The position numbers and the translations under genes were made by a program. DNA of 64,000 nt, from positions 224,001 through 288,000 of the forward strand of contig CAVTRN010000001.1 in the NCBI GenBank assembly GCA_963737155.1, read 5' to 3'. Below the pieces are notes generated by a model that was not told the DNA's origin, made no database searches, and saw only the letters and a list, made by a program, of their open reading frames with translations. This document shows positions 9,533 to 18,508 of this stretch, piece by piece (position 1 is the stretch's first letter; each line of letters starts with the position of its first letter). Source of the DNA: Nitrospirota bacterium (GTDB lineage Bacteria > Nitrospirota > UBA9217).

Positions 9533-10741
9533 TTATTTATTTCTTGAATGATCTCCTGCTGAATAATCTTCGCTCCGAAACAGCTGTACTGCCAGAATAG
9601 CAAGGCACAATTGAGCAACCGCAAAGACCGCAAGCGCTGTATAGAATCCGTGCTTTAGCAGTAGCTCAAAGGCCAGAGCGCCCAAACCGAAACCGCTGAA
9701 TAGGGAAAAGGCGTTCATGCCCATTGCGAGACCCCGCCGAGAAGGATTGAGCGAAGTAATGATTCCAGCCAATAGGGGGTGACTCATGTCGTATCCCAAA
9801 GAGAGAATCGCAATAATCACTGCTGGACAGAGTAGTGGTGCCCGTGGAATGAGTGCTGCGCCGGAGAAGGCGCCAATCAGGAGGCCTAATGGGATTATGC
9901 GCTTTCTCCCGAACCGATCCGCAACACGTCCGATGACCGGCCCAAACAGCATTCCTGGAACGCCATAGCCCAGCAGGGCTAGGCCGATCCCTTCATCGCC
10001 GAGACGATAGCGTTCCGAGAAATATAAACCGAGCCAGGTGAAGACTCCGGAATGGAACATGCCGTTGAGAAGGATATAGGCATACGCTTTTGCTCCTCTT
10101 GATCTGGTAAAGAGCGACCAGTATCCCGCAATCGCTTTACCAAGGCTTAAAGGATGTGCAGCGAATTCGCCTTCCAGAAACTGATGAAGGCGAATGGCGA
10201 AAGCAAGAACGGCTGCACTGAGACTGGCCGTTATAAGAAACACCACTCGCCAGCCAATGATAGGATTCAACAAGGCCCCGAAGCTTGACCCGAAAGCCAT
10301 GCCTCCGGCCATCGCACCAAACATCCACCCTATGGGCCGGCCGCGTTGTTCGTAAGGAAAGAGGTCTCCGAGAAGAGCCAGAGCGATTGGTACGATTCCC
10401 CCGCTTGCGATCCCGCCCAGTAGGCGCCATATCACCATCTGAGTCGCAGTATGAGCCGTCGCTACGCCGGCTATCGTCACGACCATCAGCCCCAGCAACG
10501 CGAGAATAACCGGCTTCCTGCCAACCCGGTCAGAAATCGGTCCATAGAACAGAGTCGAGATGCCATAGGGCAGCATGTACGCAGGAACGAGCATCCCAAG
10601 GAAATCCGTAGACTCGTGGAATTGGAGTGAGAGCGCCGGGATGAGCGGGGCTACAAGATACGCTTGGAAGAATATGAGAAAAGCCGCTGCCGACATGACA
10701 CGCAGCACCGCTTCACGCTTGCTACCCGAATCGTACGGCAT
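9533..10741 (-). CDS. MFS transporter
   Basis: About 12 hydrophobic helices; motif A GPISDRVGRK and its repeat GRVADRFGRK. Confidence 0.93.
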   Translation of the reverse strand: MPYDSGSKREAVLRVMSAAAFLIFFQAYLVAPLIPALSLQFHESTDFLGMLVPAYMLPYGISTLFYGPISDRVGRKPVILALLGLMVVTIAGVATAHTATQMVIWRLLGGIASGGIVPIALALLGDLFPYEQRGRPIGWMFGAMAGGMAFGSSFGALLNPIIGWRVVFLITASLSAAVLAFAIRLHQFLEGEFAAHPLSLGKAIAGYWSLFTRSRGAKAYAYILLNGMFHSGVFTWLGLYFSERYRLGDEGIGLALLGYGVPGMLFGPVIGRVADRFGRKRIIPLGLLIGAFSGAALIPRAPLLCPAVIIAILSLGYDMSHPLLAGIITSLNPSRRGLAMGMNAFSLFSGFGLGALAFELLLKHGFYTALAVFAVAQLCLAILAVQLFRSEDYSAGDHSRNK

Positions 10742-11068
10742 TCTGACTGGTCCTCCTGTAATTTGTTCCGCATTCGGCCCGCTTATGTTGCTTGATGCTA
10801 GGCATTCTTTTGAGTTTAACCCCGGACCGTTACCCTTTTATAATAATTCTCATTCATAGCCTACTTTCTTATGGATTTCTCATTGACCATATATTACCAG
10901 ACTTCACAGAGCGGTACATAACCCGATTATCGAAGAATTCATACAAATAGGCAAGAATTGGGCAGGATCGGTCTATTAATCTTTGTTCTTTCAGGGATAG
11001 GATATAATTGTTAAGAGGGCGGCAAAATGATTTACACAGCAAATGTATTAGTTGTACTAAACAGGTAA

Positions 11069-12073
<1,005 letters not shown>

Positions 12074-12174
12074 AAACGTTACAGGCAATGTGCGACTTGA
12101 CCCTCTGTTTTCTGCAAATGATGCTTCGCACTTTTCCGGTGCGTACGTAATTTTCGAACCGGGGGCCAGATCCG
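12074..12174 (+). pseudogene. Cupin-domain N-terminal remnant
   Basis: TGNVRLDPLFSANDASHFSGAYVIFEPGARS resembles cupins that accompany AKR genes but breaks off before the WHxH motif. Confidence 0.65.
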
Positions 12175-12360
12175 TCACCAAGCCTGAGGTGCAGAGTTTT
12201 CAGATGTCGGCGAGAACAACTGAGAGCCGATCAAGCCGAGCTGCTCAACTTCGCGATTCTTCCAGTGCGAAAACCACGCGCCAGAAGAAGTAGGGGCTCA
12301 AAGCGATTACGCTACGGGTCATGGCTCAGCCCCGCATGAGCCTTTTAATGAGGACCGCAT

Positions 12361-12870
12361 ATGAAAATTTCATTAATTTTTTTAGCTTTTGCGATCGTCG
12401 TTTTCATTGTTTTATTCTTTATTCTTGGGATAATTTCTAAGTCGGGGAAAGCCCCTGGATTAGTCGAAGGGACTCTATCAAAATGCCCAAATAAGCCTAA
12501 TTGCGTTTGCAGTGAGCAAAAAGATGATACCAATCACTATATTGACCCTATAATTATTCCTCAAAACATCAAGTTTGATACATTGCCCATTCTAAAAAAT
12601 GTAATTCGATTAATGGGAGGTACTATCAATGATGAAAGTGAAAACTATATTGCATCTACGTTTTCGTCGTCAATTTTTGGATTCGTGGATGATTTTGAAA
12701 TTAGAATAGATTCGAGCCAAAAAGTGATCCATATTGGCTCAGCATCCAGAGTCGGTTATGGTGATGCGGGTGTTAATAAAAAGAGAACTGAATTACTTAA
12801 AAAACTATATAAGAAGATTTCAGAGGCTAACCATTCACTCAATGCGACGCCAAAAAATAGCGCGCATTAG
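12361..12870 (+). CDS. DUF1499 family protein, AT-rich and cassette-like
   Basis: LSKCPNKPNCVCSE, FGFVDDFE, SASRVGYGDAGVNKKR. Confidence 0.9.
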   Translation: MKISLIFLAFAIVVFIVLFFILGIISKSGKAPGLVEGTLSKCPNKPNCVCSEQKDDTNHYIDPIIIPQNIKFDTLPILKNVIRLMGGTINDESENYIASTFSSSIFGFVDDFEIRIDSSQKVIHIGSASRVGYGDAGVNKKRTELLKKLYKKISEANHSLNATPKNSAH

Positions 12871-12884
12871 CTTTGGTGTTCATT
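12825..12884 (+). repeat. attC-like integron cassette recombination site (degenerate)
   Basis: R'' GGCTAAC, 5 nt spacer, L'' ACTCAATG, central hairpin, L' CATTAGC, 6 nt spacer, R' GTTCATT; 60 bp in total. Confidence 0.7.
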
Positions 12885-13216
12885 TGTACTTTCCAAGTCG
12901 TAATTTGCATTGATTTTTAGTCAACACCGGTGCAGGCTAGCAGGTGTTGTCGAGAGTACCGAGAGCTCTGATGCGTGACGGATTTCGTTTGTAGCTTGCA
13001 GTGCAATATCATGACGAATCAGTTTTTGGCCGTTGCTGCAAACTCATACCGCTAAATTTGGATATAATATTAGTGAAAAATAAGAGTTTGTTCACAGTCA
13101 AGAACCCTGCGGAAAAACAAGGGGCATACTGGCATGGTTTCGTTAATAAAAAGATATTTAGAACGATTCCTGTAACCGCATAATATACAACACTTTGAAC
13201 GAGGGAGACAACTATT

Positions 13217-14182
13217 ATGAAAGTGCAAATACCCAACGAACTGAAGTCGGATATGCCACAAACCATGTTTGGAAAGATTCTCGCCGCAACGCCGGTGGTG
13301 ATGGCCGTGCTAGCGACGATGCTCGCGGGGCTAGCTTCCAGTGAGATGACACGCGCCCAATATGACCGCTCGCTAGGCGCGCAGCAGCAGTCCAAGGCGG
13401 GCGACCAGTGGAGCTTCTTCCAAGCCAAACGGATGCGCGGCGCCTTCCAGCTCAACACGGCGGAGTTGCTCCAAGCCGTCAGCGAGGTGCATCCGCTGGA
13501 GCTAGCAACTCTCAAGAAATGGGCGGAAAAGGCCCAGCCGAAACTGGTCGCCGTGCTGGATTCCCAACCTGGAAAGGACGCCATAGACTTTTTGCAGCGC
13601 GGGAAGGTGCCGCCCACCAGCGCCGCGGCAACCCCGGACCCGAAGTTAAAGGCCGCGTTGGATGGCTTGGAAAATTTGAAGGCGGATTCCGCGATGGCCG
13701 TGCTGCTCGCGCCGATTGATAACACGGCGCTCGAAGCCAATGTGCGCGCCGCCCTCAACCGGTCCCAAGACTTCGATGAAGCCGCGAAACCGATTAACCA
13801 GGTCATCGACCAGATGGATACGTTGGTGACGAGTGCCGCCGCGCCGTCCGTCCGCGCAGGGGCCGCGACCGGCCCATCCGTCAACCGGGATTTCATGACC
13901 GCGCGCCTGCGTTATATGGCGGCAAGATATGAAGTCGAGGCGCGGTTGAACCAGGCAATTGCAAATCTGTACGAATTGCAAGTCCGTAAGAGCAACTTTT
14001 CGGCGGAACGCCACCACGCCCGGAGTCAGAAATTCTTTTTTGGCATGCTCGGGGCGCAATTTGGCGTGATCGTCTCAACGTTCGCGATGGCCGCGCGGAA
14101 CCGCAACCTGTTGTGGTCGCTCGCCGCCGCAGCTGGATTGCTGGCGATTGCGTTTGCGATCTATGTGTTCATGTACGTCTAA
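13217..14182 (+). CDS. DUF4337-like membrane protein, long form
   Basis: N-terminal TM, KAGDQWSFFQAK motif, helical middle, two C-terminal TMs; high GC; SD GAGGGAG. Confidence 0.75.
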   Translation: MKVQIPNELKSDMPQTMFGKILAATPVVMAVLATMLAGLASSEMTRAQYDRSLGAQQQSKAGDQWSFFQAKRMRGAFQLNTAELLQAVSEVHPLELATLKKWAEKAQPKLVAVLDSQPGKDAIDFLQRGKVPPTSAAATPDPKLKAALDGLENLKADSAMAVLLAPIDNTALEANVRAALNRSQDFDEAAKPINQVIDQMDTLVTSAAAPSVRAGAATGPSVNRDFMTARLRYMAARYEVEARLNQAIANLYELQVRKSNFSAERHHARSQKFFFGMLGAQFGVIVSTFAMAARNRNLLWSLAAAAGLLAIAFAIYVFMYV

Positions 14183-14405
14183 ACAAAATGAGTTGTCCCG
14201 GGACTTCGACCGGTGGCGGTGCCAAGAAGCAATCAGAAAACTCACTGGGCAATCTGGCGCCTGAAAGTTCCTTGGCCCGATCTGCTACGTAAAACACAGA
14301 GATGCGGCCAGAGCATTATTTGAGCAGCATAAGTGTTCAAAACCTGGTTCGTTGAGGAGTAACATGGGATAAGTTGCAGCTGTGGACTTTATTGGATTGT
14401 TAATA

Positions 14406-14427
14406 GGTGGAGGCGGTAGGAATCGAA
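14406..14427 (-). mobile_element. tmRNA (or tRNA-Ala)-like 3'-end fragment, probable att-site scar
   Basis: Minus strand TTCGATT-CCTAC-CGCCTCC-ACC has T-loop, 3' T-stem and acceptor-strand geometry; no 5' half is present. Confidence 0.6.
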
Positions 14428-14819
14428 TAAACCCATCACCTTTATTTCTACTGATTTTTGGGTATTTGGATTAAGTGGTTGAAGTGTCCCCCTTGCTCAT
14501 ATCGGAAATCCGGTATTAGCGAGGGGGGGAATAGTGCTTAATTAGAAGCTGAAGGTATTGTAACTATTTAACTTTTAACCAACTTAGGCATCAGATAATA
14601 ATAATTTCCATCATAACACAAAGCCACGCAAAATGGGATATACTAGAAGATATAACTTTAGCTTTTAAAATTATTTGCGCTTTGATTTGCCACTGGCAAA
14701 AGGGGCCGATACGACAGCCCTTGTAAAGTAATTTATCAGGAACACACAGATTAAATATCGGGTAAAGCAACAGGGCTCTATCTTGAAACCGGGAAATAAA
14801 TAAAAAGGAGGTTATGAAC

Positions 14820-14984
14820 ATGGCAGAGAAACTTAAAAAAGTTGAATGCGACCCTAAATGTGGCTTTATGATCCAGAGCCATGATGAAAAAGAAGTCGTG
14901 GAGATGGCTACACAACACGCAAAAAAATCGCACAACAAAAACATCACAGAAAAAGACGTAAAAGGGATGATGAAAGACGCATAG
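14820..14984 (+). CDS. DUF1059-like small metal-binding protein (54 aa, not in the ORF track)
   Basis: SD AAGGAGG; MAEKLKKVECDPKCGFMIQSHDEKEVVEMATQHAKKSH has the CxxxCGF...HxxxxH pattern. Confidence 0.85.
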   Translation: MAEKLKKVECDPKCGFMIQSHDEKEVVEMATQHAKKSHNKNITEKDVKGMMKDA

Positions 14985-15091
14985 TTTTTGCTGGTTTGAA
15001 GACGGATGGTTGCTGCCAGCGGGCTTGGGAAAAGGCGTAATCGGGTACGGATGTATGGAATATAAATCATCACAAAAAAAGGAGGTGTAAA

Positions 15092-15373
15092 ATGAAGGTG
15101 AGGGCTACAATACAAGTTCTTCTTGTTGCGGTCGTTGTTCTGATGCTTGTCGGTCCAGCACTTGCGCTGGAAATGTCGGGAGTAGTTACCGCCGTAAATG
15201 TTGAGAAGAGCACAATTGCGCTGGAGTCTGAGAAGATGGCGGTCAGCTTTGATTGTGAAACGGGATCCCTGCTCAAAGATATCAAGGTTGGGGATACCGT
15301 GACAGTCCAGTTCACGGAGGAAGGCGGGAAAAAGCTGGCTACCAGCGTTACTCGTATAGCTCCCATGAAATAG
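15092..15373 (+). CDS. Small secreted OB-fold-like protein
   Basis: SD AGGAGG; signal peptide ending ALA; GVVTAVN...IKVGDTVTVQF OB-fold signature. Confidence 0.8.
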   Translation: MKVRATIQVLLVAVVVLMLVGPALALEMSGVVTAVNVEKSTIALESEKMAVSFDCETGSLLKDIKVGDTVTVQFTEEGGKKLATSVTRIAPMK

Positions 15374-15420
15374 GTTGGTCCAGCCCCATGCCACGCGGAT
15401 AAATACTAAAGTTGCTGTAT

Positions 15421-15449
15421 AAGGGCAGGCTTATGCCTGCCCTTTTTTG
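15421..15449 (+). terminator. Rho-independent terminator
   Basis: aagggcaggc-ttat-gcctgccc followed by T6. Confidence 0.85.
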
Positions 15450-15541
15450 TCAAGGATAATGTTCGAATGAAGCGGGCCTGTAGATGCAGACCCCGCTGTT
15501 AACAGGAGAAAGAAAGATAACGATTCAAAAACGACATTTCA

Positions 15542-16549
15542 TCACTTCCCAACAACGAGAACCGCAAAACTGTCCTTAATCATTGTTGGCCTAGGCTTCG
15601 GTACTTCAGGCGTTGGTTTCGGTGCCGGAGCAAACTCGGCTACGGGGAGATAGATTTTATTCAGCTTTGTATCTATCGCCATTGTTCGAGCACTTCGCTG
15701 GGTTGGTACCGTCTCCACATAGAACTTTCCTGGCAGCAATTCCCGTGCTACCGTGAGTGTCCCGTCACCATTTGAACTAAATGCAAGCCCGGTCTCCGTA
15801 TCATAAACATTTGCGTCAACGCCTGCGCCAATAGGTATAGTAGCAATCACTTTTCCTGAATCTATGTCCAGAACTATCATTACTTTATTGTGGCATCCTG
15901 AAAATATCTGATGATGCGCGATATCAATTGCCATGCCAGTCGGTTCGTTACAGGGGCTTAAAGAATACCGTTTTGATATCGTAATATTTTTACTATCCAA
16001 TTCGACAACCTCATTTGTGTTCTCAATATTTACAAAAACCCTACCCTTATTGTCCGTGGCTGCAAATTCCGGCTTCCCGCCGAGGGCAATCGTTCTTAGC
16101 ACCTTGCCTGAAGCAGCTTCAAATGCCGTTGCATCTTTGCTTTTCCCGTTAAACGTGAATACCCGTTGGGTAGCAGGGTCATATAATATGGCATCGGGAT
16201 TCTCCCCAGTCTTAACTTGTCCGATGACCTTTAGAGTCTTCATATCGAATATGGAGGCAGTATTTGCCTTCCCATTGCTTATAAAGCCACGAGTCAGTTC
16301 GGGAGCAAGTGCTATGCCGTGAACTCCCGGCGTGTCAGGGATTTCACCTACCACTTTATCAGTCATAGTGTCGATAACCGTGACATGAGTTCCACGAGAA
16401 ATATACAACCGATGGGCAGAACTATCCACGGTCAGGTAATCCCAACCACCTTCACCCCCCAACGGGAGTTTATTGATAACGTGATAACCTGATGCTGCGT
16501 GTGCTACTGTGCTGATAATCAATAGAACAGTAACAATGAGCGATTTCAT
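15542..16549 (-). CDS. YncE/YVTN-like secreted beta-propeller, copy 1
   Basis: Signal peptide; GGEGGWDYL, PGVHGIA, NPDAILYD, GGKPEFA repeats; 335 aa from the Met at 16549. Confidence 0.9.
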   Translation of the reverse strand: MKSLIVTVLLIISTVAHAASGYHVINKLPLGGEGGWDYLTVDSSAHRLYISRGTHVTVIDTMTDKVVGEIPDTPGVHGIALAPELTRGFISNGKANTASIFDMKTLKVIGQVKTGENPDAILYDPATQRVFTFNGKSKDATAFEAASGKVLRTIALGGKPEFAATDNKGRVFVNIENTNEVVELDSKNITISKRYSLSPCNEPTGMAIDIAHHQIFSGCHNKVMIVLDIDSGKVIATIPIGAGVDANVYDTETGLAFSSNGDGTLTVARELLPGKFYVETVPTQRSARTMAIDTKLNKIYLPVAEFAPAPKPTPEVPKPRPTMIKDSFAVLVVGK

Positions 16550-16717
16550 GGTTAAACCTACCTTTAAAGTATATTGTTTTGACACTTGATTGCGGTAAAA
16601 AACAAATACTATCTCATCGACTTTGCTGTTTCTCGATTCTCTTTACTATATGAAGTTGCCGATAAGGAACTGGCTTAAAAGTGCAGGGGGCCGATTGTAG
16701 CGAGACTTGGACAGTAA

Positions 16718-17260
16718 ATAACCCCGCAGCAAGCTGCGAGGCATTTTGACTAGAATCTAAAACCTATTTGCTCATCATGCTGATACCGAATATAGTTTCT
16801 AATCACTTCCGCCGTTACTTTGTCGCCAACCGAACGGACAAAGCAACCATCGTTCCACAGTTCCCCTCCCCAGAGCTTTTTCTTTATCTCCGGGAACTCT
16901 TGGAACATTATTCTGGTGGAGATACTTTTAATCATTTGTACTACCTTCGCAGGCGCATACTTCGGAGGAACAACCAAAAACAAGTGTACATGGTCATCCA
17001 TGACTTCCATCGTATCTATTTCCAAATCGTACTGTTCAGCTATCTCACGAAAGATTTCTTTCAATCGTTTCGTCATGCGATCGTCGAACAGTTTTTTACG
17101 ATATTTCGGTATCCATACGAAATGGTACTTGAGATCATAGACACAATGTCTGCTTCTTCTCAATGGGCTCATGGCCCGTATTGTATCAGAAAATCATCCT
17201 GACTTCGTCAGGATATCCTTTTCATCCCAGCAGCAAGCTGCTGGGTATTCAAGGATGTTT
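16718..17260 (-). mobile_element. IS200/IS605-family element carrying tnpA only
   Basis: tnpA is flanked by related hairpins ccccgcagcaagctgcgagg (16722-16741) and cccagcagcaagctgctggg (17226-17245). Boundaries are approximate. Confidence 0.85.
16750..17172 (-). CDS. tnpA: IS200/IS605 Y1 HUH transposase
   Basis: YHFVWIPKYR, HUH motif DHVHLF, catalytic Tyr in IRNYIRYQ. Confidence 0.95.
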   Translation of the reverse strand: MSPLRRSRHCVYDLKYHFVWIPKYRKKLFDDRMTKRLKEIFREIAEQYDLEIDTMEVMDDHVHLFLVVPPKYAPAKVVQMIKSISTRIMFQEFPEIKKKLWGGELWNDGCFVRSVGDKVTAEVIRNYIRYQHDEQIGFRF

Positions 17261-17333
17261 TTTATAAAAAATGCCAGAGCCATTTATTATCTACTCAGAA
17301 TTCATCGCAAAAAAATCTATCGAAACAGCCTCA

Positions 17334-17627
17334 TTATGATGTACAGTCTTCACGCCAAAGGCAATTCGTCTGCTCGCATGTCAGCACTTGAGCAGACATA
17401 TAACAATCTTTATTCCCCTCGGCCCTCTGGATTGCTCTAATGAGATCTGATTTAGTCATGTTCCTCCTGTCAATCCCCATTTTTCTTGCAATGTTTCTGA
17501 TATCCTGGAGTTTATTCATTTTCTCAATCTCCACTTCCCTTTTTTTCGCGAATATTTTGATGTCTATAACCTTTCCCGCCCTACTTGCTTTCTTTTTCGC
17601 GGCGTCTTTAATGCTCTTAATCTTCAC
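17334..17627 (-). CDS. Rho-N/SAP-like small protein with C-terminal Cys cluster
   Basis: DIRNIARKMGI...KSDLIRAIQRAEGNKDC...CEQTNCLWREDC. Start is GTG 17627 or an internal Met. Confidence 0.8.
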   Translation of the reverse strand: MKIKSIKDAAKKKASRAGKVIDIKIFAKKREVEIEKMNKLQDIRNIARKMGIDRRNMTKSDLIRAIQRAEGNKDCYMSAQVLTCEQTNCLWREDCTS

Positions 17628-17912
17628 TTGTATACCCCCCTATAGGCTTATCAGATGCCTGCAGGAATTGCCGATAAATATTAAGTATACCATATCAAGG
17701 GGGATTCATCGCTGGGAGTAGCGGGGTGTTCTCAAAATATCTTCCGGCAAACAACCCCCTGCCTTTTCGAACCCCAGCCCTTAGGTCCTCACCCTCTAGA
17801 TTGAAGAACTCAGCATCCATAGCTCATTGTATCCCGTTCTGTTTGAAAGTCCAATCAACGTAGTGATAATTCATACGGTTATACAGGTTAGGATTCCCAT
17901 AATATTAGCAAT

Positions 17913-18185
17913 TCATTTTGAGTCATATTTATTTGTTAGATAGGCTATCAGTGCGCCAATGGTTCCAGCAACTATTGGCAACGAATAAACCAAGGAATAA
18001 CCAGCCAACTTGAATTTATCCATTAAAACACTGCAGACCAAATAGAATATTATGAAACCATTGGACATGATGATGTAAAGTCTGGCTTCCCGTGACTTGA
18101 CTAATCGGAACTGCCAAAGAGAAGATAAAATGACATATAAAATGGTTAGAAAGACTATTAATATTATTATTAATGTCATCTTCAT
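17913..18185 (-). CDS. AT-rich hypothetical membrane protein (three TMs)
   Basis: 90-aa ORF with three hydrophobic segments, directly downstream of an attC-like relic. Confidence 0.6.
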   Translation of the reverse strand: MKMTLIIILIVFLTILYVILSSLWQFRLVKSREARLYIIMSNGFIIFYLVCSVLMDKFKLAGYSLVYSLPIVAGTIGALIAYLTNKYDSK

Positions 18186-18211
18186 ATATCACCGAGCTTA
18201 TGCGAACAAAT

Positions 18212-18277
18212 TATCATGCAAAGGGCCAAGGGGAACGGCGTCTCTATACCACGTTCCTCTTGAGCAAAGTGTTAACT
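18212..18277 (-). repeat. Degenerate attC-like site
   Basis: Minus strand: R'' AGTTAAC, 5 nt spacer, then GCTCAAGAGGAACG pairing with CGTTCCCCTTGGC with an extrahelical C. R' lacks GTT. The upstream remnant's stop codon lies inside R''. Confidence 0.55.
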
Positions 18278-18430
18278 GTTTCGTAATTTTTCGATTATTT
18301 TTTCAACAGTCAGTATCTTTTCATAGACCGCACCCAATGCAGCCATATATGCTCAGTGTACGTGGTTAGCAGGGATTTCAATGTCATTAAAGACTAAGTT
18401 TCTTGTTGCACAAGCGTCATGGGCAACCGT
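18272..18430 (-). pseudogene. Isochorismatase/cysteine hydrolase C-terminal remnant
   Basis: TVAHDACATRNLVFNDIEIPANHVH*AYMAALGAVYEKILTVEKIIEKLRNS*. Confidence 0.75.
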
Positions 18431-18508
18431 AGGACAAGAGGTTGAGTCATGAAAATTACCGTTTTTGTTCATTCATGCTAGTTCCCGAAAAACCCTTATG
18501 GTGCGATT

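Noticed and set aside
12190-12290. Possible GGDEF remnant on the minus strand (ALEESRS*AARLDRLSVVLADI)
   Set aside because: Too short, and the following DxFK motif is absent; could be chance.
13009-13896. 295-aa minus-strand ORF
   Set aside because: Antisense shadow of the high-GC DUF4337-like gene.
14406-14427. Intact tRNA or tmRNA gene
   Set aside because: Only the 3' 22 nt fit; there is no 5' acceptor strand, D arm or anticodon arm.
14591-15394. 267-aa minus-strand ORF
   Set aside because: Antisense to two SD-supported plus-strand genes, with no domain signal.
16670-16686. Sigma54-like TGGC...TGC site
   Set aside because: GG to GC spacing is 9 nt rather than the required 10.
18340-18360. 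In-frame TGA in the isochorismatase fragment as selenocysteine
   Set aside because: The position is not a catalytic Cys site and the gene has lost its 5' portion, so a nonsense mutation is the simpler explanation.
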